In this document: positions 16,323 to 23,580 of the stretch, piece by piece
Numbering within the stretch: position 1 is the first letter of the stretch
How the letters are laid out: each line of letters starts with the position of its first letter
Assembly (NCBI GenBank): GCA_963928475.1
Contig: CAWVFN010000065.1
Location: 1-54,659 of the forward strand
Direction of reading: 5' to 3'
Length of the DNA: 54,659 nt
From: Bacillota bacterium
Lineage (GTDB): Bacteria; Bacillota; Dehalobacteriia; UBA7702
Position numbers and translations under genes: made by a program
Notes under the pieces: model-generated
The model's database searches: none
What the model saw: the letters and a program-made list of their open reading frames with translations, nothing else
What the model was told of the DNA's origin: nothing

Positions 16323-16440
16323 AGCACAGCCAAGGGCTGCCGCTGTCACAAGTTGAAAGCTTATTAGCGAAAAACTAAATAACTATAAAAAGAAGTACAG
16401 CAATGGTAAGGGCGGGTACAGCGTTATTAAAAATTTTGAC

Positions 16441-16478
16441 AGAAAAATAAAAAAAAGGTTTACACCAGGTAAACCCTA
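16441..16478 (-). terminator. intrinsic terminator at the 3' end of the candidate ncRNA
   Basis: Minus strand AGGGTTTAC-CTGGT-GTAAACCT followed by TTTTTTTTATTTTT. Confidence 0.75.
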
Positions 16479-17010
16479 TATTGTAATATAACCAAGTAAA
16501 GAGGAAAGGCGAAACGGTCAAGCATCACCCGTAACTGTAATGTATTCCCTTATTAAAAGCGGAAAATAGAGCTAAATCCTCTGGGAGAATTGGCTCTTGT
16601 ATTATTTTTGATGATAATACTAACTAAACTTCTGTTAAAAGAAAATGACTGTAAGCCTGAGAAGCAACAGCGGTCATTCAAAAAAAACAGATAGGCTTGA
16701 TTAATTCGCCTTTCCTTTGCTGATATCATACCAGATTTGAGAAGTAATGTCAATGCGAAAGCCAAGCTGGCAAGTTAAAGACAGGTATGATAAAAATATA
16801 TAGTGTATTATTCTGAAATTAGAGAAAGACCCTGTAACCTCCTTAGACGAGAAAATAGCAGCGGAGAAAATAGCAAGAACGTAGGTTTCGCGCAGAGGAA
16901 TTAAGAGTTATTTAAAAGTAACGTAAGAAAAGTAATTCCCTAATTTTTTGGCCTGAGAACTTGAAAAAGTTAGAGCCCAGGCAAATCCCGGAAAGGGATT
17001 GGGTTATATA
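16441..17010 (-). ncRNA. candidate large structured ncRNA of about 570 nt, family unassigned (5' boundary uncertain)
   Basis: There is no credible ORF. At least 10 helices are present, including a 12-bp long-range helix (16502-16513 with 16705-16716) that closes a multi-hairpin domain. Five or more helices contain a pair that is G-U only on the minus strand. The segment ends in a strong minus-strand intrinsic terminator. Confidence 0.55.
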
Positions 17011-17036
17011 TTGTAAAAAGTTTAGTTAGGAAAGAT

Positions 17037-17082
17037 CTAAAAAATAATGGTTTTTATACTGAGAAGAGCCTTAAAGAACCAT
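17037..17082. other. hairpin flanked by an A/T run; strand and role ambiguous
   Basis: ATGGTT (17047-17052) pairs with AACCAT (17077-17082). On minus it is followed by TATTTTTT, which is terminator-like. However, the stem extends through a G-U pair only on the plus strand. Confidence 0.25.
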
Positions 17083-17112
17083 GATATTGGAAGCGGTATA
17101 TTAGGTTACAAG

Positions 17113-17141
17113 TTTACTTATGGCGGATATTTTGCTACAAT
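17113..17141 (+). promoter_or_regulatory. putative sigma-A type promoter of the radical SAM gene
   Basis: -35 TTTACT (17113-17118), a 17-nt spacer, then an extended -10 TGcTACAAT (17133-17141). GGAGG RBS at 17149-17153. Confidence 0.45.
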
Positions 17142-17156
17142 GATAACTGGAGGTAG

Positions 17157-18815
17157 ATGATGAAGATAGGTTTAATTGGTTTGAATAGTCAGTTTGTACA
17201 CAGTGCTTTAGCCTTATATTATTTACGGGAAACGGCTCCTCCTTTTTGTCATTGTACGATTAGGGAGTATAATATAAACGAGCCAATTCTTGATATATTT
17301 TATGATATAACATCTGAAGACTGGGATATCTTGGCATTTTCTTGCTATATATGGAATAAGGAAACCTTACTCAAGCTATTGCCTTTGCTGCGTCAGACTT
17401 TAGCGAAAACGGTATTTATTTTAGGCGGTCCGGAAGCCACCTATACCCCTAAGGATTTCCCTCAGGCTGATTATATAGTATACGGAGCCTTGGAGGATAG
17501 CTGGCCCAGGCTTTTAGAGACTTTAGATAAGGGATTGGTGCCGGATCTTCCTGGCTTAAAGGGTGAAATACAATTTGCTTTTGATTGGCCTTTTCCCTAC
17601 CGGGAAGAGGATATTCCAGCTTTAAAGCATCGTTTTGTTTACTATGAGACATCTCGTGGCTGTCCCTATAAATGTGGTTTTTGTCTTTCCTCAGCGGAAA
17701 AAAATACAGCCTTTTTGCCTTTAGAGCGAGTTAAGAGAGAGCTGGATTTTTTTATTGCGGCGGATATCCCTGTTGTTAAATTGGTTGACAGAACATTTAA
17801 TCATCCTAAGGAGAGAGCCAAAGAGATATTAGGTTATCTAATAGGGAAAGAGAGTCACAATACTACTTTCCATTTGGAGTTAAAAGGCGAACTGATAGAT
17901 GATGAGACTTTAGCTATGTTGTTATCAGCTCCTCCCGGACTGTTTCAGGTCGAAATAGGTATTCAGACTTTGAATGAGGAGGCTTTAAAAGCCAGCAGAC
18001 GCAGTAACCGTTGGGAAGAGGTTAAAGCTATTTATGAGAAGTTGGGAAAAGCTGATAATGTCCATACTCATTTTGATTTAATAGCCGCCTTGCCTTACGA
18101 GGACTATAAATCTTTTCAATACAGTTTCAGTGAGGCCATGACCATTATGCCAAACCATATGCAATTAGGTTTTCTTAAGCTTTTGCCTGGTACTTCTTTG
18201 GCTGAAGCTAAGAAAAAACATGGCTATATAGCGCAGGAATATCCTCCTTATGAAGTAGTGGCTAATAATTATATTTCCCCTGGTGAAATGGGAGAGCTAA
18301 AGAAAATAGATAAATTTTTGGATTCATATTATAATAAAGGGCAGTTAAAAAACTTATTTCGTTTTGCTATGGACGCTTGGGAAAAGCCTTTATTTTCTTT
18401 GTTTCATTCTCTTAGCGGCAGTTCCTTGGAGCCGGCATTGGCTCTTTCTGAGCTCATGCCGGAGAAAAGAGATATTTGGTGTGGTTTGGCCAGATTTGAC
18501 AGCTTTTTAGCGGGACGTAAGGTCAGGGTTACGCCTGAGGAGGAAAAAGAACTTAAAGACTTTTTGAGCAGAAGGGAAATGGTAGACAAATTATTGCCTC
18601 ATTATATCGGTTTCCCTATGCGTGAGATATATAAGAGGGTTAGACTTGGTATCTTTCCCTTTAGTTTTAAGCTGGATGGGCAAAAGTTAATAGATGTTTA
18701 TAAAGGTGAATCAATGGTTCTGTTTGATTATAAAGTTAAGACAAACAAAAAGTTGGATATGGTTCCTGTATCGGTATATGTTTTAAAAACCAGTAAAAAG
18801 CAGGGGGTTAATTAA
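17157..18815 (+). CDS. B12-binding-domain radical SAM protein (DUF4080-type C terminus)
   Basis: 552 aa. N-terminal Rossmann-like B12-binding region (MKIGLIGLNSQFVH) and a radical SAM cluster motif CPYKCGFC. Confidence 0.85.
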   Translation: MMKIGLIGLNSQFVHSALALYYLRETAPPFCHCTIREYNINEPILDIFYDITSEDWDILAFSCYIWNKETLLKLLPLLRQTLAKTVFILGGPEATYTPKDFPQADYIVYGALEDSWPRLLETLDKGLVPDLPGLKGEIQFAFDWPFPYREEDIPALKHRFVYYETSRGCPYKCGFCLSSAEKNTAFLPLERVKRELDFFIAADIPVVKLVDRTFNHPKERAKEILGYLIGKESHNTTFHLELKGELIDDETLAMLLSAPPGLFQVEIGIQTLNEEALKASRRSNRWEEVKAIYEKLGKADNVHTHFDLIAALPYEDYKSFQYSFSEAMTIMPNHMQLGFLKLLPGTSLAEAKKKHGYIAQEYPPYEVVANNYISPGEMGELKKIDKFLDSYYNKGQLKNLFRFAMDAWEKPLFSLFHSLSGSSLEPALALSELMPEKRDIWCGLARFDSFLAGRKVRVTPEEEKELKDFLSRREMVDKLLPHYIGFPMREIYKRVRLGIFPFSFKLDGQKLIDVYKGESMVLFDYKVKTNKKLDMVPVSVYVLKTSKKQGVN

Positions 18816-18955
18816 AAAGTTTTGTTGAGTAACGCAAGATTTTTTCTTTAATTAAAAAATATATTGTATTTACTTAATTCATTTGTTAAAATATAGAACA
18901 GTAAGAAATAGATGTGTATGCTTGTTATAAGCATATTGAAAGGAGACCTTTATTT

Positions 18956-19579
18956 ATGTGTCAAGGAAATTTTACTGATTTGAGAAACTTGGATTTGACA
19001 GCCTATAAAGACAAAGAAGTGCCTATTGGTATTTCTAACCGTCACATTCATTTGAGTCAAGCTGATTTGGAAGCTTTGTTTGGTGCTGGTCATGAGCTTA
19101 CTCCCATTAAAGATTTGAGCCAGCCTGGTCAGTTTGCCTGTGATGAGGTTCTTGATGTGGTGGGTCCTAAAGGAACTATTTCCAGAGTACGTGTATTGGG
19201 TCCTGTTCGTCCTGAAACCCAAGTTGAGTTGGCACAGACTGACGCCAGAAAAATAGGCGTAAAAGCCGCTTTGCGTGAATCCGGTGTGTTGGACGGTACT
19301 GATGGCTGTAAATTGGTGGGTCCTGCTGGTGAAGTTGAAATAGACAAGGGCTGTATAGTGGCTCATCTTCATATTCATTTCCATACTGACGAAGCTGCGG
19401 AAATGGGAATTAAAGACCATCAAGTCCTTACCGTTTTGGTTAAAGGTGAAAAAACCGTTATTTTCTGCGATGTCATTGCTCGTGTTGGTGACAAGATGAA
19501 ATTAGACTTCCATCTGGATACAGATGAAGCTAATGCCGCCCTTTTAGGTAAAGACGCGAAAGCCTATATTCTTGGCTAA
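18956..19579 (+). CDS. pduL: phosphate propanoyltransferase / phosphotransacylase PduL
   Basis: Two PduL repeats (PIGISNRHIHLSQADLEALFG ... AHLHIHFHTDEA). Start moved to ATG 18956, which lies 10 nt downstream of the GGAG of AAAGGAGA; the track ORF begins at GTG 18914. Confidence 0.88.
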   Translation: MCQGNFTDLRNLDLTAYKDKEVPIGISNRHIHLSQADLEALFGAGHELTPIKDLSQPGQFACDEVLDVVGPKGTISRVRVLGPVRPETQVELAQTDARKIGVKAALRESGVLDGTDGCKLVGPAGEVEIDKGCIVAHLHIHFHTDEAAEMGIKDHQVLTVLVKGEKTVIFCDVIARVGDKMKLDFHLDTDEANAALLGKDAKAYILG

Positions 19580-19630
19580 AGTTTCAAGTCTAATGCGGCA
19601 TTTTGCCGAAGGCAAGTATTTATGAATTGC

Positions 19631-19672
19631 AAAACTTCCTGACCATAACTGAGATGGTCAGGAAGTTTTATT
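19631..19672. terminator. bidirectional intrinsic terminator between pduL and the GNAT gene
   Basis: AAAACTTCCTGACCAT / ATGGTCAGGAAGTTTT perfect 16-bp stem with a 7-nt loop. Confidence 0.85.
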
Positions 19673-19679
19673 ATGTGGA

Positions 19680-20159
19680 TTATTTAGCCAGATTGTTAAG
19701 GGCTTCTCCGGCAACGCGGTATACTGTCCAGTCAGACATGGGCTCCGCTCCTAAGGATAAATAAAAGTCAATACTTGGCTTATTCCAATCGAGACACCAC
19801 CATTCCAACCGGCCGCAGCCACGTTCAAGAGCTATGCTTGCTATTTTTTTAATAAGGGCTTTGCCGAAGCCTTTTCTTCTGTATTCTGGTTTTATAAATA
19901 GATCTTCAATATAAAGACCAGATTTACCCAGGAAAGTGGAGAAATTGTGAAAGAAAAGAGCAAAACCAATTTCTTTTTGCTGCCAAATAATAAAAATAAC
20001 CTCAGCCTTTTTCTTTTTAAAAGCCCATTCTGTTAATATTTCCTCATCGGCTACTACTTCATTGAGCATATTTTCGTAATCAGCCAGGTCTTTAATAAAC
20101 TCCAGCACTAAATGGGCATCTTTTTCTTCGGCGTACCGAAAGGTTATTTTGTCGGTCAT
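19680..20159 (-). CDS. GNAT family N-acetyltransferase (diamine/SSAT-like)
   Basis: 159 aa with the acetyl-CoA binding motif RRKGFGKALIKK. Confidence 0.8.
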   Translation of the reverse strand: MTDKITFRYAEEKDAHLVLEFIKDLADYENMLNEVVADEEILTEWAFKKKKAEVIFIIWQQKEIGFALFFHNFSTFLGKSGLYIEDLFIKPEYRRKGFGKALIKKIASIALERGCGRLEWWCLDWNKPSIDFYLSLGAEPMSDWTVYRVAGEALNNLAK

Positions 20160-20403
20160 TTTTGCCTCCCTGGTAGGTTGTTTGTATATGTAAATAAGTT
20201 TATCACATACAGAAAACTATATCAACAGTATGTATTGTCCAGGTATTACTTGACAAAAATGAGTATGAATGCTTTAAGCTTTTCTATTGAAGTCATCAGG
20301 AGATTCTCTATGTATCGGCGGCATATATTTGACAGATAATATAAAACAAGGGAACCGTATAAGTTTCCCTTGTTTTAAGGATGTAAATTTAGTTTTTTCC
20401 TAG

Positions 20404-20625
20404 TTAGTTCTCTTCGGCCAATTGGTGGTCATTAGTATTATAAAAGAGCATAGAAATACAGTAGAGTCCGGCGATGCCTACTAAAGTGTAAACTATTCTG
20501 CTTATTATAGAAGCCATACCGCCAAAAATCGCCGCAACTAAATCAAATTGAAAAAGTCCAATAAGACCCCAATTTACGCCGCCTATAATGAGAATAGCGA
20601 GGAAGATTTTATTTAATATGTTCAT
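20404..20625 (-). CDS. DUF378 family small membrane protein
   Basis: 73 aa with two TM helices and the characteristic GGVNWGLIGLFQFDLVAAIFGG motif. Confidence 0.8.
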   Translation of the reverse strand: MNILNKIFLAILIIGGVNWGLIGLFQFDLVAAIFGGMASIISRIVYTLVGIAGLYCISMLFYNTNDHQLAEEN

Positions 20626-20676
20626 TTTTTCGCCTCCTTTTAGCTCTATTATGTAAATAAACGGGAGATATTATAC

Positions 20677-20988
20677 ATGTATATAGTAACAATGTATTAT
20701 CTGATTATAAATATCATGTTGTTCTTGATTATGACCATAGATAAATTGAAGGCGTGCCGTGGTTTATGGCGTGTATCAGAGTCTTTTTTGTTATTTTTAG
20801 CTTTATTGGGCGGCGCTTTTGATATTTATTTAAGTATGGTTTTATTTCGTCATAAGACACGTCATAAAAAATTTACCATAATAGTACCCTTGCTCTGTTT
20901 TTTTCACATAGTTGTAATTTCGATTTTTTACCTTTTAGAGGCGGATATGATTTTGACAATGCTATTTACGCCATGTTATAATCTATAA
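20677..20988 (+). CDS. DUF1294 family membrane protein
   Basis: 103 aa. DKLKA..GLWRVSE...LGG....MVLFRHKTRHKKF matches the DUF1294 pattern as I remember it. Confidence 0.7.
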   Translation: MYIVTMYYLIINIMLFLIMTIDKLKACRGLWRVSESFLLFLALLGGAFDIYLSMVLFRHKTRHKKFTIIVPLLCFFHIVVISIFYLLEADMILTMLFTPCYNL

Positions 20989-21065
20989 ATATTCTTGTCC
21001 AGTCTTATTTTTTTTAAGATTGTAGGATTGGGTAATATTGGCATATTTTTATAAGGAGTAAAATA

Positions 21066-21788
21066 GTGAAAGTTTTCGCTTTAGCTGATTTGCATTTATC
21101 ACTTGACGCTGCCGCTGACTTTAATGATATGGCAAATCTCCGGGGTACTAAGCCAATGGATATTTTTGGTGATAATTGGAGTGATCACATAAAAAGAATA
21201 TACGAAAACTGGCAGTCAACAGTGGCTGATGATGATATTGTACTTATTCCCGGCGACATCTCCTGGGCTATGGATCTAAATAAAGCCTGTTATGATCTAA
21301 GTTTTATTGGTAGGCTGCGGGGCAGGAAGATAATGATTAGAGGCAATCATGATTACTGGTGGCATAGCCCCTCTAAGATTAGAAAAGTTTTGCCCCCTTC
21401 CATGGAAATCATTCAAAATGAAGCTGTGATAGTCGGCGATATGGCTATTACTGGTACACGCTTATGGAATCTTCCTGGTACTGCTGAATTTACGGAGGAT
21501 GATAATAAAATATACCGCCGTGAGTTAATAAGGTTAGAAATGTCGCTTAAATCTGCCGGCGGCAGACCTGTAATCAATATGTTTCATTATATGCCGGTAA
21601 ACGAACGCGGGGAAAGTAATGAAATCATAGATTTGCTGCGTCAATATAACACTGAGATAGTAGTTTACGGACATTTACATGATAAAAGTCATCGTATTGC
21701 TTTAGAAGGAGAACACTGGGGTATAAATTTTTATCTTACCAGTGCCGATTATTTGGACTGTACTCCTAAACTTATTAAAACCTTATAA
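21066..21788 (+). CDS. metallophosphoesterase (calcineurin-like phosphoesterase family)
   Basis: 240 aa with a GTG start. Motifs DLH, GDISW, GNHDYWW and GHLH are present. Confidence 0.8.
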   Translation: MKVFALADLHLSLDAAADFNDMANLRGTKPMDIFGDNWSDHIKRIYENWQSTVADDDIVLIPGDISWAMDLNKACYDLSFIGRLRGRKIMIRGNHDYWWHSPSKIRKVLPPSMEIIQNEAVIVGDMAITGTRLWNLPGTAEFTEDDNKIYRRELIRLEMSLKSAGGRPVINMFHYMPVNERGESNEIIDLLRQYNTEIVVYGHLHDKSHRIALEGEHWGINFYLTSADYLDCTPKLIKTL

Positions 21789-21816
21789 AAAAAACGCCTT
21801 TTTAGGCGTTTTTTAA
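21787..21816. terminator. bidirectional terminator
   Basis: AAAAAAAACGCC-TTTTTA-GGCGTTTTTT between convergent genes. Confidence 0.7.
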
Positions 21817-22748
21817 TTTAATTTTTCTTTGTAGTCTTCTTGTAAATAGGGGCTGAGTTCTTTTAGTGTAAACTCAAAGGTAGGTAATACATTTTTTTCT
21901 GGACTTATTTCCAAGGCGTTATAGAAAATATAAAGGGTGTCCTCTTCCTCGCTAATATAGAAACTTGTGTCTTTTCGTATTCCTGAAAAACCAGCTTTAT
22001 CGTCAAAGGTTACTAAGCTTTTATTGTTTTCTATTTCCTTAGTTATTTTATCATCAATATAGCTGGTGAAATCGCCTTCAAAGTCATAGATATCACCTAA
22101 AGTGATAGAGGTACCCTTTTCCAGGTCAAAGACGAAGCTTTGTTGTCCTTTGTAGTCTTTATTATCTCCCAGGACTTTTTCATAAGTCTCTACTATATTT
22201 AAAATATTATTGTGATGATATGTGATTTCAAAATCCATGGTTAAGGTAATAGGTAATCCGTCCCCTTCGGTGCTTGTCTCATCCTGACTTGTATCTGAGA
22301 CGCTGTCATCATTGTCATCGGTTTTTCCCTCATCTTCTGAACTGTAAGCCTCAGTGTAATCTTCCTGATCTTCGCTGTCTTCATCGTCATTGAGAACACT
22401 TTCCTCTTCTTCCTCCTCTTCCGGGGTGATTTGTTTAGTAACGGTAGCGTCAAAGTCGTCGTTGATGGGAGTTGTTGTATTGCTGCCGCCTAAAGCGTTA
22501 TTGAACTCCTTTACCTGAATATCAATATAATTTGTGATGGAGCTATTGATGGTTGAAATTGTTCTGGTACTGTCTAAGCCGCCTACTATAGGATAACAAA
22601 TATCCATCATTTTATTGCCTTCGGTAGTTATATCGTGGGATACTTCCACTTTTATTTTAGCGGACAAATCTTCCGTATCACCGCTACAGCCAGTGATCAA
22701 TATTAATGACATAAGGCAAATAATTAACAGTATAACCAGTTTTTTCAT
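21813..22748 (-). CDS. lipoprotein with an acidic low-complexity linker and a DUF3298/DUF4163-like (RsiV/PdaC-type) C-terminal region
   Basis: Signal peptide with lipobox LITGC. The central region is D/E/S-rich. Start placed at ATG 22748 (GGAG 9 nt upstream); the first ATG is 22763. Confidence 0.7.
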   Translation of the reverse strand: MKKLVILLIICLMSLILITGCSGDTEDLSAKIKVEVSHDITTEGNKMMDICYPIVGGLDSTRTISTINSSITNYIDIQVKEFNNALGGSNTTTPINDDFDATVTKQITPEEEEEEESVLNDDEDSEDQEDYTEAYSSEDEGKTDDNDDSVSDTSQDETSTEGDGLPITLTMDFEITYHHNNILNIVETYEKVLGDNKDYKGQQSFVFDLEKGTSITLGDIYDFEGDFTSYIDDKITKEIENNKSLVTFDDKAGFSGIRKDTSFYISEEEDTLYIFYNALEISPEKNVLPTFEFTLKELSPYLQEDYKEKLN

Positions 22749-23060
22749 TTTCCCAGTCTCCATATCTTATCTTTAAAGATAAATTATATCATCAAAAGGT
22801 GGCAATTAATAGATTTAATATGTGTTTTTTCTTCTGTTTTCAGCAAAACTTTTAATTTATATAGAGTATAACAAATTACCATTATATCTTCAATATTATA
22901 ATTAGAGGACCGTAATAGTTAAAAGAAAATTACACATTCTTTGGGGTGGAAAGTGATAAAAATATGAGTTATAATAAAGAATGGTGTATAATAGATGACA
23001 TTAAAAAGAGGTATTTACACTAAAGTAATATTTATCCCAAAATAAAGGAGCAGAAAAAAA

Positions 23061-23525
23061 GTGATTGTTTTTAACTATAGCAGCAGCGTCTCTGTGGATG
23101 AAATATCTGAAGATACCGTAGAGATCAGAGTGCAGCGTATAGATACTCATCAGGAAATTTACTTAAAGATGGAAGTAAGTATTGAGGATACGGAAATTAA
23201 AAGTATAGAAGCGAAGTTTTTGCGTTGTCCTGGAGGTGACTGTCCCCAAACTGCTGGAATGTTACAGAATCTGGTGGGCAAACATTTAGGTCACGGTATA
23301 AGCAAAGCTTTAAAAGAGGGTGTTTTGGGTCCCCATGGCTGTATGCATTTAGGTGAAATGGTTATGGATGCGGCCCGTAGTTTAGTACAGGCTAAATTTA
23401 CTATGCGGGCAATAGAGTTAGGTTATAATGAGCATGCTATGCAGAAAGAGTTAGATGACTCTCTAAAAAACACCTGTCATCAATATACAGTAGGCTGGCG
23501 TCCTCATCGTCTTTGTGAGGACTGA
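23061..23525 (+). CDS. hypothetical protein, possibly DUF2889 family
   Basis: 154 aa with a GTG start 8 nt after the GGAG of AAAGGAG. Conserved Cys/His cluster (CPGGDC ... GPHGCMHL). The family assignment is from memory only. Confidence 0.5.
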   Translation: MIVFNYSSSVSVDEISEDTVEIRVQRIDTHQEIYLKMEVSIEDTEIKSIEAKFLRCPGGDCPQTAGMLQNLVGKHLGHGISKALKEGVLGPHGCMHLGEMVMDAARSLVQAKFTMRAIELGYNEHAMQKELDDSLKNTCHQYTVGWRPHRLCED

Positions 23526-23580
23526 CAGGTTATACCACGGATACCTGGTACTTCTTTGATGAAAAATGGAGGGTTTAGAT

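Noticed and set aside
16408-16423. T-box-like string AAGGGCGGGTACAGCG
   Set aside because: It lies on the plus strand, whereas the structured RNA is on minus. The UGGN acceptor-pairing core is disrupted. No specifier stem, and no terminator overlapping it, could be found.
16501-16513. GAGGAAAGGCG resembling the RNase P P4 motif GAGGAAAGUCC
   Set aside because: The match is only partial. The rest of the RNase P core is absent, including the ACAGAA..GGCUUA 3' P4 strand. The motif is instead explained by the 12-bp long-range helix.
16553-16765. 70-aa minus-strand ORF inside the non-coding region
   Set aside because: It has no RBS and an implausible, low-complexity composition. It spans several of the RNA helices, which fits chance occurrence within a structured RNA better than a gene.
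16441-17010. Assignment of the large RNA to OLE
   Set aside because: The size is compatible. However, the genomic context is wrong: there is no oapA-like small membrane ORF downstream, and no isoprenoid or recN neighbourhood. I also cannot verify the conserved OLE nucleotides from memory. I left it unassigned pending cmscan.
18950-19423. 157-aa minus-strand ORF antisense to pduL
   Set aside because: It lies entirely within the well-supported pduL frame. It has no RBS and a biased composition.
20112-20339. 75-aa plus-strand ORF in the GNAT/DUF378 spacer
   Set aside because: It overlaps the GNAT start on the opposite strand and the promoter region. It has no RBS, and its composition is typical of AT-rich non-coding DNA.
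22767-22780. 14-bp palindrome TATCTTTAAAGATA next to the lipoprotein start
   Set aside because: It is short and purely AT-rich, in a very AT-rich 300-bp promoter region, and is plausible by chance. It could be an operator, but I have no supporting evidence.
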